Assembly (NCBI GenBank): GCA_024679065.1
Contig: JAGIQG010000026.1
Location: 21,700,001-21,764,000, forward strand
Length of the DNA stretch: 64,000 nt
Direction: 5' to 3'
DNA from: Sphyrna mokarran
Taxonomy: Eukaryota
Shown here: piece after piece, positions 1-12,600 of the stretch
How the letters are laid out: every line of letters starts with the position of its first letter
Numbering within the stretch: the first letter of the stretch is position 1
The notes under the pieces: generated by a model
Databases searched by the model: none
Seen by the model: the letters and a program-made list of their open reading frames with translations, nothing else
Told to the model about the DNA's origin: nothing
Program-made: the position numbers and the translations under genes

Positions 1-639
1 TTGTTTGGGTATGCATTTGCCTTGGGGAATTAAGTTGTGGAGAATCTGAGCCTAATTTAAATTTAAGGCAAAAGGGTGAAAAGCTTTCTGTTAGTGTTTG
101 AAGTCAGCTTGTCTATTATAAATTCAAATTACACTAGAAATGACAGGACTCACTAAGGATTATTTAATCTTTAATTTATTGGTTTGGGCAGAAAGAGTGA
201 GCATCTGTCATCAGTAACAAAATTGTTGATCTGTTTTGTAAAGGTGTCCAGTTCTGTGAAAGGTCTGCAGTGGATCTGTCCCTTACACTCCTGTGTCCCC
301 AATCTGCCTGCCTTTCCCTGTACTAGCATTTATATTGGAGGATTAGGAGTATCTAGAATTATAGTGGTAACTGTCCCTGTACTGTAATTGCAAGTTTGTT
401 TCCTTGAGAGTATTGATCCTGTTTACTGCTGCATGGAAATCTACTTAATAGTTTTCTTTTTGAAAGCTGACATAATGCTGTAGTGGTATTGCATTCATTG
501 TATGTTTATTAAATAGCTATTTTATGATTGCCATGAGTAAGTCTTTTAAAAAAACTTGCATTTTAGCTCAGTTTTTTACGGTGGTTGCAGCTTTGGACTT
601 GATTAGTTTGTCACATGACACAGATGAGTGGGAAAGCAA

Positions 640-1490
640 ATTGCGTGGAGGACGCAGAGTCTGCAGAGATTTGGATAGGTGGGTGAGGATCTGGCAGATG
701 GCGTATAATGTTGACGAGTGTGAAGTTATCCACTTTGGAAGGAATAATAGTAAAATGGACAATTATTTAAATAATGCTAAATTACAGCATGCTACTGTGC
801 AGAGGGACCTAGGGGTCTCTGCATGAATTGCAAAAATTCAGTCTGCAGGTGATCAAGAAGGCAAATGGAATGTTGGCCTTTATTGCGAGGGGGATGGAAT
901 ATAAAAACAGAGATCTTGCTGCAATTGTACAAGGTACTGGTGAGGCTGCAACTAGAGTACTGTGTGCAATTTTGGTCCCCTTATTTGCAAAAGGATATAT
1001 TGGCCTTGGAGAGAGTACAGAGAAGGTTCTCCAGGTTGATACTAGGGATGAGGGGGTTAGCTTATGAGGAGAGATTGAGTAGATTGGGCCTGTACTTGTT
1101 AGAGTTTAGAAGGCTGACAGGTGATCTTGTAGAAACGTAAGATAATGGAGGAACTAGATAAGGTAGAGGCAGAGAGATTCCTTCCACTTAAAAAGGAAAC
1201 AATAACTAGAGGACACAACCTCAAAATAAGGGGGAGTCAGTTTAAAACTGAGTTGAGGAGGAATTTTTCTTTGAGGGAGTGAATCTCTAGAATTCTCTGC
1301 CCATTTGAAGCAATGGAGGCTACCTCCTGAATATGTTTAAGTCACAAGTAGATAATTAAATCTAAGGGTTATGGGGAGCAGGTGGGGTAAGTGGAACTGA
1401 ACCACTATCAGATCAAGCATAATTTTATTGAATGGTGGAGCAGGCTTGAGGGGCTAGATGGTCTATTCCTGCTCTTATTTCTTACATTTA
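640..1490 (+). mobile_element. CR1-clade LINE, 5'-truncated (RT C-terminus plus 3' UTR)
   Basis: ORF fragments [48 protein letters not shown]; CR1-type 3' tail. Confidence 0.9.
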
Positions 1491-3187
1491 TCATAGTTAA
1501 TATTTCAATTTAATAATGATTCTAGCTTGAAGAGTGACTTCTATCCTATTTCAGAAATTCATTTTTAATTTTCAGAATCCTTAGACAGTTATCTACAATG
1601 ATATCTCACCGCTTTGGGATCAGTGTGATATTTCCCTTCTCATGGGGACAGCAATTTTTATTATTCTTAGCAATGTATTGACTTTATCGTGGACTGTTTG
1701 CCCAGTAGAAAATACTGCTTCAAATGCAGGCGCCCAGTTTGAACTATTGCTTTTGAATGCTTTCCTCAAGCAAAATATCATGTGTTATAGCTTGGTCATC
1801 CTACCAGCACTACCTGCCCCTCGCTCCCCGCCCAACCCCACAGCCTTCAAATGTAGGGACAAGTTTGATTTCCCATTCAGTAATCCAGATGTAATATTTA
1901 TATTGGATACACAGATTTGAAGTATAAAATTAGCAAGGAGCTTGTGAAATACAAATTTCCTACAAATTTGACGACATCACTATGGTTATGAATATCTTCA
2001 GCTCTGTTATCTCCTGGTTTATACTAGTATCGTGTTCAGTTAAAAAGAGCATGCAGCCTACTGAAATGCTCCAAGTTCAGTTCTATGCGTAGAATAGTGT
2101 TTGTCACAAAATAGTCTGGTCTTTACCTCTTTGAAGAATCTGGCTCCTTCAGTGATGAGATTTTAATTCTAAGCATGAGATTTCTGCCAAATGCTCTCAC
2201 TGGGACTGCTTGTGATGGTTTTTCTTCTTGGCTTCCCTGGGCATCTCTATCACAATGCCAATTTTGTGTTGTCCAACTTGCGCAGCCATCAGCTGCGAGA
2301 TTTTATTATTTCCAAAAAATTGAAAGTTCAGCTACCAAAAGTGTTTGTTTTGTTGAACAGTCATAAAATGGCAAAGTTAGAATAGCATAATAATGAATAC
2401 CACTATCTAACTCAAACATAAGAATTTACGTTCTTCCTGGAATCTTACCCATGTGTTTCAAAGTGTTAAGTTGTTTTTGTATGTTGATGTTCGTAACTAA
2501 GGCAATATACTTTTTGAAGAGATTGGCCTATTCCCGATATGCTAAATTGCAATTGTTTCAATCCCTGAAAAAGACCTAACCTTGAAAAAGGTGTTCCGGA
2601 GAGTAATGGAAATAACCTATGAACATGGGATTTCACTTTAAGACTGTAACACTAGTCAAACATTTGTTAATAGGCAGCTAATTCATTAAACTAAAAAGGT
2701 ATTTTAGCATTAACTAACTAGCTAACACAAAATAGGACTTATGAAACCCATTCACTGGAAGCCACCCTTCTGTCAGATACTTGGGAACAGTCCTACAATC
2801 TTTCCCAGTGCTCCCAACAGAGGCTGATAGCTTCTTGCTATGTTCATTTGAATTGATTGTTCAAATTCTATTAAAGTTTCCAAATGTAATTATCACCAAG
2901 ACATACTTTGACTCCCTATTCAAATTTTCAGGACTCTGTCTATTCTGCTTTTTTGAGAAGGAACTGAACATTCAAAGCCTGCTTAGTTGCTTACATCAAA
3001 CTGTTCTTCTCTCCTTCCCCATATCAGATGCAGTAGTTTCTCTGCATCTCCATACACAGGAGCTGTCCTCTTCTCTCTGCAAAGTACTATGTGTAAAGTT
3101 GTTGCCCTCTTCAATGGGTTTCTGTTTTTGTTTTTCTGCCTATGGCTATTAGGTCACATGGCATGTCTCTGAGCTGAAATGTTTACA

Positions 3188-3392
3188 CAGTAAGAAATCT
3201 CAATACCAGGTTAAAGTTCAAGTTTATTTGGTAGCAAACACCATTAGCTTTGAGTGCTGCTTCTTTGTCAGGAGGGGAAGGAGCAGTGCCCTGAAAGCTA
3301 GTGGCATTTGCTATCAAATAAACCTGTTGAACTTTAACCTGGTGTTGTGAGACTTATTGTTTACTCCAGTCCAATGCTGGCATCTCCACATC
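3188..3392. mobile_element. Penelope-like element terminal foldback (about 85-bp inverted arms) with degenerate hammerhead motif
   Basis: 3188-3272 is the reverse complement of 3277-3360; ends in ccagtccaatgctggcatctccacatc, shared with the 4199 copy. Confidence 0.7.
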
Positions 3393-3512
3393 CTGAAATG
3401 TTTATGCAGAATTCTGTTTGCATTAAAGTTGCACCTAATAAATAACTGTATTGCAAAGTTCAGCATTCATGCCACACATTATAGTTGAATATTATTTATC
3501 AATATTTTTCAG

Positions 3513-3625
3513 GTATCTGTGAGTCTTATCAAATGGAAATTTTTCAAATTGTAGCTTCTGTTCTTCACCTGGGAAATATAACCTTTCAATCAAATGACCG
3601 TGATGGTGAAAATAGCTTTGTTAAT
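3513..3625 (+). CDS. MYO5B-like: Myosin V exon, motor: (G)[37 protein letters not shown]
   Basis: tttttcag|gt ... aat|gtaagt; 113 nt, phase 1->0; LHLGN motif. Confidence 0.93.
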
Positions 3626-6600
3626 GTAAGTTCACTTTTCAACCTTAGTTTTACCACAGTTAAATCACATTTCAATATTCATCTTTAAATGCTCTCTTTT
3701 GCTAAAATTGAAGTTGGCCTATGCAAACGTTGGATGCTGAAATTAGTTGATCCATTTGTTTGGCAAAGCTTTTCTATACACATCCCCCACCACCATTTTT
3801 GTATTTGCTTAAATTACAAGCAAGTGCACTTCAAAGTAATTGGATGTGATTTGGGATGCCATGAAGCTTGCTAAGGCACCTTCATAAATACAAATCATTT
3901 CTTTAAATTATTTCAAAATTAGAATGAACCCTCTGGTCTGAAATCTTTGCAAAGGGATTAAACCTATCCATTTGCTCACAAAATTATCTCTTGTTCTGAA
4001 CTATTCCACACTGCTCTGCAGATGGATCTGGAGTGTCATTTAACCTACAGCACCTAACTTTTAAATGGTGGCCCTTAGTTGTGGATGCACCTGAATTCCA
4101 CATCAACCTGGTCAACAGTATCAACATGACACGTATTGCTATTAGTTCATCTTCATTTCAGACCTTAAGATTATGCCATACATGTGCTCTAAAAAGTGTA
4201 AGAAGTCTGACAATGCCAGGTTTAAGTCCAGCTGACTTATTTGATAGTAAACGCATAAGCTTTTGAAGTTTGCCTCTTCGTCAGGTGAGGCAAACCTCGA
4301 AAGCTTGAGTTTACTATCAAATAAATCGGTTAGACTTAAACCTGGTGTTGTCAGACTTCTTATGTTTTCCCCAGTCCAACGCCAGCATCTCCACATCTCT
4401 AAAAACTGATCAGATTTGAGTCATTGGGAAGGCCAAATAATAGATGAGTTACAAAAATGCAGTGATATACGTAATCTATTGCTGCTCAGAATAGTGAAGG
4501 TTCTCTTTGTTGAACTTTCATAGTATCACTACACTGCAGGAGGAGGCCACTTGGTGCATCTAGTCTGCACTGGCTCTCCAACAGCACACCCTACCCAAAT
4601 CCTATCCTTGTAACCCCAAGTATTTATCCCACTAGTTCCCCCAAAACTTCACATCCTGGGATACCAAGTGGCAATTTAGCATGGCCAATCAATCTAATCT
4701 AGACATCTTTGGACTGTGGGAGGAAACCAATACGGAGGTGGGGTGAAATTGTACAAACTCCATACAAAGTCACCCAAAGCTGGAATTGAACCTGGGTGCC
4801 ACTGTGCCACCCATACTTGCGTTTCCTAAATTTAAAACAATGCTTTCTATTCTGAGAACAGACTAAGCACAGCTGTGCATGACTGTTGTCCAATTATTTA
4901 TTGCAATGAGTTGAAAGAAACTTTGGTTGTTCGGGCGGGGGGTAGTGGGTGGGAAAGCATTGGGAGTATGCTCTTGCCTTCAGACTTTTATTCTTTGTAA
5001 TTTATTAAAAAGAACAGTGACCTAAATTTGTTTGTTCTTTTGGCCTGCAGTCGCAAGATAAACATATCCATCTATTCTGCAAATTACTTGGATTGGAGAA
5101 AAAGCAGTTGGCACATTGGCTTTGTCACCACAAGCTAGTTACATTAAATGAAACCTACATCAAAGCAATGACAATAAAACAGGCCACCCGTTCCAGGGAT
5201 GCTCTTGCAAAACACATTTATGGGCAGCTGTTCATCTGGATAGTGAATCAAATCAATAAAGCGTTGAGATCCTCCTTGAAGCAGCATGCCTTTATTGGAG
5301 TGTTAGATATTTATGGGTAAGAATGACCAGCTTTATGCTTGATCAAATTTTTTTAAAAAATCCATCATATTTGCTAAATTTTTAATCTGTTTTAGGTTTG
5401 AAACTTTTGACAATAACAACAGTTTTGAACAGTTTTGCATTAATTATGCAAATGAAAAGCTACAGCAACAATTTAACTTGGTAAGTTCTCTACAAGGAAA
5501 ATATTCCAAAATGCCTTTTCAACAACCTCATTACCTGCCCTAGCTCCATTTTTATCTTGTGATTCTTTGTTTAAAAATCTGTTTAAAGGTTCAAAGAGCG
5601 TTTAAACAGCAGATGATCTTTAGTCATAAATGGTGCTTTGATATTTTTGCCATCCAAGGTGCTTCCTGAGATGTAGGTTTTGCTTAAACAGGAATTTGTT
5701 TATCAGAGTTGATGAATTTGAAAGTGCTCATTTGGCGCTTAATGCAGGTTTTGGGAATAATAGATGAAAACAGCTCTCAAAGCTGTGGTGCATGGTGCAA
5801 TAAACAATAATGTTCCTTAACACTCAAATAAATCAGAATCAAAGGTCTTTTTATCCAAAATAGGTTTAAGCTGTTCCAGCTAAACAGCCTGAGTTCGTGG
5901 GCACTCGACACAAAATGGGCAGTTTCTTTGAAGGTCATAGACTGTTTTTAATGAAAGCAATAGGGATTTCGCCTGTTGACTAAAACATTGTTGGGATTTC
6001 CATTATTTTTTCAGAAATTGAGTGCCTTTCAGGCACGGAACTAGGCAATGGCAACTCTTGTTTGGAACCGAAGGAGTTTTCCTTTGGGAATTCCATCCCC
6101 TGAGAACCTCCAGTTAAAAAGGTGTTTGGGCTAGCAAGGGTTAATATGGAATCGGAGAAACAGTACCACCCATATTATGATGTAGAGTCATAATCTAGGC
6201 AGTCTTGTAGGCCAAGGGAGACAATACATAAGCAAAACACAAGGTTAACAGACCATAAAGTGAAAGTTAGTTTGTTCCTCGTAAGTAGGGCTTGCATTTA
6301 ATACTGTAATGAAGTTACTATAAAATTCCCCTAATCGTCACAATCTAGCACCTGTTCAGGTTAATTCACTTAATCAGCACGTCTTTCAGAATGTGGGAGG
6401 AAACTCGCGCAGACACATTGAGAACGTGCAAACCTCACACAGGCAGTGGCCCAAACTGGGAATTGAACCCAGTGCTGTGAAGCAGCAGAGCTAACCACTG
6501 TGCTATCATGACCATACTAGTGCAATGAAGTGCTTGAACTGAAGTTTGGTGCCCAGGGAAAGAAGGGACTGAAAGGCTTAAATGTAGAAATGTTTGAAAT

Positions 6601-9600
6601 ATGCCAACACCCTACCCAAACTGCAACAGAAATGGCAGTGCAGAGTGAGCAGATGGCTGTGGATAAAGGAAAGCTCTAACCAAAATGCAATAACACCCAC
6701 AAAAGGAAAATTAAGCTATTCTACTAGAAAAATGTTCATATCTATGCTCAATTGGAAGACAAAATACAGCTGAAGTAGATATTTGAAAATGCAAGGTAAA
6801 CTAAAGCCTTCAATGAACCAAACTGTTCAAGATCTGAACAAGTTGGTGCCAAAAATATAAGGAAGCTTTGAAAGAAATGGGTTGAATATTGAGAAAGATG
6901 CAAAAAGTGCAAATCTTGAACCCTGTGCAGCTTCTGCATATTTCCTTTAAAAAAAAAATGCAAGGAGAATAACTTTGACTTCTGTTGGCAAACTGAAGAG
7001 AAAGTTGGAAGAATGCAACCAGGCATAACAGGTAGAAAATGTGTATAGAAATATGCTGCTTTGAAAGACTTTGAAGAATCAGTATGCCCTAAGGTGTTGA
7101 CTATTAATTTAAAAATAATGGTGATGGAACTATTAGCGAAAAAGCATTGCGATGATGTGCAGAGTGCAAATTCAAAAGCTGAACAAGGAAATAAACAGTT
7201 GAGGAAAAAAAAAAGCTAATTGTCCTCTTGAGATCAAAAAACATCAACTTTTCTGCAGGATGAAGAAGAAATGAAGACTGCCTTGAGCAGCAGAATTGAA
7301 GAACAAAGCTGACAAGGCTGAATTATAACAACTCAAGGAGCAATTGAACTTTGCAAAGAAAAGGGAAATCTGTTGAATGAGCTTCAAGCGCTCCCAAGGC
7401 TCCCTCAGGTCACAGTTCTTCTGGAAAATTTATTTTTTTTAAAAAAAGTAAATTAATTTAATTCCACTGAAGTACAGAAGAGCCAGTTGGCAAAGAAGAA
7501 AGGAACATTGTTTATTACCTGCCATTGACACTATGAGCTTGAAGGATAGCACAATGAAGTTAGGCTGTGCTAAAGAGAAGTTACTCAGGGTAGAGAGCCA
7601 ACTTGCCTGTTTGGAAAGATGGGAATTTGCTAAAACTCAGATCTGAAGGGCATGCTTGTCATTTGCAGAACATGAATAAGGTTTGAGATACTTCAGTAAA
7701 ATTGCAGAAGCAAATTAAAGAGAGATCTTTAATTAGAAAAGCTTAAGCAGCAGAAGGCTCTTTAGAAAAATGCCTGTATTAGGGAAAGGAATTCTGATGA
7801 ATCAGAACAGTTGGACATTGGAACTGGATCAAAGAACGTGAAAGATGAAGTGCACTGTCTGGAAGAACAAACCCAGACTTCTAAAAACAATTGTCAGAAA
7901 CAGATATGAGGATCTAATGAGTGCATTGAAAGAGTCTAAAGGGTAATCTATAACCATCTGAAGGAAGATTCTGAAAGAAACTGACTGCCAAGTACAAGTG
8001 TTCTGCAAATAAATCTGAAACCAACAACTGAACTTCTGAGTAATTGCTAAGCTGAATGAAAAGATTAAAAGGCTTGAAAAAGAACTGAGGAAACAAATTT
8101 GAGTAAAGTTGGGAAACAAGTGAAAATGAAGAATTCATTTTGAGAGATCAACTTCCAGGAAGATCATGGTGGACCCCATGGAAAGGAGAACCTGCGTCTT
8201 CAGGAATGAACATTGAATATTCCATCCAGCAGGAATGGAATAAGCCTGTGGTATTCGTTCATAGAAGATGGATTTTTGATAAAAGAAAACCACTAAGAGC
8301 ACAAGTAGTGAACCACATTATTTGAAAAACTGACGAGTTGCAGTTTTGGCACTTAAGCAAGAGGCCATTACTCCTCCAAATAGGAAGGGATTGAGATCTG
8401 AGTTGTAAAGTCTCCAAGTAATGTGGAAGACTTGGTGGAATAGGGATAAGTGTGAAGCAGTTGCGTGGAAATATTGTAACCATATTTGGGTAAGGACTTA
8501 GTTGCGGGTGGGATGTTATAGTATGAGTGTCAAGTTAGAAAGGGTTAATGTGAAACTGAGAAACATTATGTAGAGTCGCATTGTGTAGAAATCAACATGA
8601 AGGTAACCCTGATGAGATGCTACAGCTTTGAGATGCGTGTGAAGCTGCATTTTAACAATTTATGTTCAACCAGAAAAGTCTCCAGACCTGAGATGCCAAG
8701 CAACCTTAACAGAGGCCAGCAGCAGTAGCAGAGCAACTAGCTATTTGGCCAAAAGGACCTATGCTATGTTTGAATTCCATTCTTGTCTAACTCATTTGCA
8801 TATTTAAACTACCTTCATAGTTTAAGATCTGTATGTTTGACATTAGATCCTTGTTTTTTCCTACTTTCACTTCTACAATCACCATCTGATAGAGCAAGAT
8901 GCAAAAATGGTCTCTCATAACCTCATCTGTTTCTTACCTTTGTCTTGCTGCACTCGCCGTCTCTGTCATGCTCTCATCTTAAACTTTTGATTTTATGTTT
9001 TGCCCAAGTTTTAATGGAAAGCTGTATATGATATTTGGAAGTTAGAATAAAGGTCTATTATTGGACAAGAGAGAAGAAGCTCTTCTGGCATCTGTCTCTT
9101 GGACTCCCTCCTCTCTCTCTAACACACAGTTCTCTTGATCAGTGTTAATTAGCTCTCCTAATAGCTTGTCCATCAGCTCCCATGTGTTTTCCTTTGCTTT
9201 CTTCCCCACCTGGCCGCCTCAAGCTAAATGTTAAGCACAGAATATTTATTTTTCAACAAGGCAGCATCAACCTTTGGTTGCAGATGTACCCTCAATAATT
9301 CCTTCAATAGCTTGCAGTGGAGGGCTACTGTGGAATATAACTAAAATATTCCTTTACAGACTCATATGATGGGGAGGGAGGATTAAGTTTATTAGTGTCA
9401 CCAGTAGATTGACATTGACACTGCAGTGAAGTTACTGTGAAAATTCTGTAGTCGCCACACTTCGGCACCTGTCTGGTACGCTGAGGGAGAATTTAGCACA
9501 ACCAATACACATAACCAGCACACGTTTTCGGATTGAGGAAACTGCCACGAACACATGTCAAAGACAATGACCCAAGTTGGAAATTGAACCAGGGTGACTG

Positions 9601-12600
9601 GTGCTGTGAGGCAGCAGTGCTAACCACTATCGAATGGAATCGGCATTGATGCCAAATGGCTTTTCTCATCTGGTGATATGTTCAATTCTAAAGTATAATC
9701 TTTGTGTGTAGAAACTTGTGAATCTTTCTTCCTAGCATGTGTTCAAGCTCGAGCAGGAAGAATACCTGGTTGAAGGATTGCCATGGACCCTAATTGATTA
9801 CTATGACAATCAACCTTGTATTGATGTAATTGAAGCAAAACTTGGAATCTTGGATCTTCTAGATGAAGAATGTAGAGTAAGCATTAATACAATCAAAACT
9901 GAATTGTACCAACTTTCATTGAACATCAGTGTATAAGTAACTTTTTATGAGCAAATATTCTTTGTTTCAATTTCTGGGAGAGCAAATACAAAATGTGATG
10001 GAGAGAAATATTAAGGTATAGTCAGAAGAGAGGGCTTGAAAAGGATTTGAAACAATGAGCCCCAATACTTGAATATTCATTTCATTTTGTCTACGTATTC
10101 ACAGCATGAACATGCCCTCTATAAGCAGCACTTTTCTCATTGAGACCTTCAGCTTTAATCTTCTCTACTAAGATATTGACCACAGGAACTAACCTGTACA
10201 CTACTTAAACAGGAGAGCCACCATGTGGGGAAAATTGGGAGATTTTTCTAATTGCCCCAGTTTCTCAGCAATAGTTATTAGAAGGTCCTTACCCTTTCTG
10301 TGAATTTCCATCAAAAGTTTCTGGCCTGCTTTCAATCTGACCTTGTTTGGAAACTTGAGGGACCTAATTCCAGAAAAACCACACCTCTAAAGGGATTAGA
10401 TGCAATTGTTACTGCCCGGATGAGACGATTGATTGTATGGATGATACAAAAAAAAAATGTCTTCAGCTGATGAAAGCTATTTGTGGCTTACCATTCAAAG
10501 AATATAACATAAGAACTAGGAGCAGGAGTAGGCCATCTGGCCCCTCGAGCCTGCTCCACTATTCAATAAGATTATGGCTGATTTTTTTCATGGACTCAGT
10601 GCCGCTTACTCACCTGCTCACCATAACCCTTATTCCTTTACTGTTCAAAAATTTATCTACTCTTGCCTTAAAAACATTCAAATGAGGTAGCCTCATCTAC
10701 TTCACTGGGCAGGGAGTTCCACAGGCCCACAACTCTTTGGGTGAAGAAGTTCCTTCTCAACTCAGTCCTAAATCTGCTTCCCCTTATTTTTGAGGCCATG
10801 CCTCCTAGTTCTAGTTTCACCCACCAGTGGAAACAACTTCCTTGCTTATATCTTATCTATTCCTTTCATAATATGTTTCTATAAGATCTCATTCTTCTGA
10901 ATTCCAATGAGTATAGCCCCAGTCTACTCGGTCTCTCCTCATAAACCAACCGTCTCGAGTCTGGAATAAACTGCTGTTTTCCCCCTCCAGTACCAGTATA
11001 TCCTTTCTCAAATAAGGAGGCCAAAAGTATACACAGCACTCCAGGTGTGGCCTCACCAGCACCTTACACAGCTGCAACATAACCTCACTGTTTTTAAACA
11101 AGTGAAGAATCATTTAGATTCTGAATCTGACTGAAAGGGATGATTAAAAAGAGACACCAATTGTGCATGTTGCTGTCCTGTGAGTATGATCTAGTGAATT
11201 GGTGGTTTTATTGAAAAGTATGATCAAGACAGTGGAAATTAGTTCATTATTTTGATGATTGCAAACATCCTCCCTTTCTACATTAACAAAATGGTATTGG
11301 AAAAAAAATTCTGCTTAAGTTGCACATTGCTGCACCAATATAAAGCAAAATTATTATCCTTTACCTATTACTGACTTTTTGTTGCATTTTGATCCCTTTA
11401 GTTGCTGATATTTGTCCTGTGTGTATATATTTGTATTGATCCAAATAGGTGTTTTTTTTTCCCATTTAGATCCTTAATGGAACAGATGAGAAGTGGGCTC
11501 AAAAGTTGTATGACCGACACCAAACAAGTCATCACTTCCAGAAACCCAGAATGTCAAATTCTGCTTTCATTATTCTGCATTTTGCTGCTAATGTAAGTGA
11601 AGTTTTAATTTTAACATCTATAGCCAAGCTGATTATTGTATGCAATTAGTTTATGATATTCATTTGGATATTTTTCAACATTTGCGGGGGTTTGATAACG
11701 AGACAGGACTAAAAATGCAATGAACTTCGTGAAATTCCAGGCAGTGAATTTAAAAGAACAAATTTCAAATTTTATGCAGTTCGTATTTGCAACTTAAAGT
11801 TGTTTTTGATTGAGGGCTTCTACAAATAATTTGGACATATCTTGGATCAGGTAAAATCTAGCACCAGAAAACTCCAACCTCATCTGTGGCTGGGATTGTC
11901 CAGTGCTGCTGCTGTGAATGGACTTTTGTTGGGCACTAAATTCTCCATTCTTGCTGGCAGTAGGATGAGCACAGGACAAATATCAGCAATATTGAGTTTC
12001 TTGGGCAGTATTCTCCAATGTGGATTTGAGTATGAACACTGGTGAATGGCCTTTTAAGGGCAACACAGCAGGTTCAGGGTCATCTAGCTTAGGGGACTAA
12101 ATGGGACTTAGATTAGGTAACCACCCCAGGGAATGGAGTCACACTTAAGCAGGCGATATGTAAGGAGCAAACTGCAACCTTGAGGCTGTTGAACAGCTTC
12201 TATTAGTTAAATACCTTTTGTATTTTCTGATGGAGTTGCTGAGAGTTCATCTTTACAAACACCAAAAAGGCAATAACCAATATTAGTTAGAAGGAATGCA
12301 TTCAAAAATGAGTGGGGATTGAAAGTTTTGAGGTAATGCTGAAATAGTTTGTCCAGTTAGGAAAAATAATAATGAAAGGTGGTAGATGGGTTGCCAAAAT
12401 GAAAAGGATAGAAATATTCAGAAGTAATTTTGTGAAGTTGAACGATGTCTTCACACGAAGAGTACTCGAGCTTGAAATGAGGAAAAAAATATTGTGTTCA
12501 ATCCACTCTCCTATATGCTTCACAAATCTGGGCAGGAAGTTAAAATCTCAAAGAAAATAAAAGCCTTTGAAAATGGGATGCTAAGGTGCATGTTAAAAAT

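Noticed and set aside
2590-3170. Possible solo LTR on the minus strand
   Set aside because: Composition is suggestive, but I could not define TG..CA termini, a TSD or a second copy.
1-3512. Upstream myosin exon or independent genes from the short ORFs
   Set aside because: No myosin motif found; the ORFs are CR1 fragments or chance frames in AT-rich intron.
6547-6570. tRNA-Lys-like primer binding site (tggtgccc...agggact)
   Set aside because: Needs a multi-base gap to match and is not preceded by an LTR end (..AACA); too weak to call.
8609-8660. CTGATGA as a hammerhead core
   Set aside because: No stem II followed by GAAA at a suitable distance; lies inside the putative LTR.
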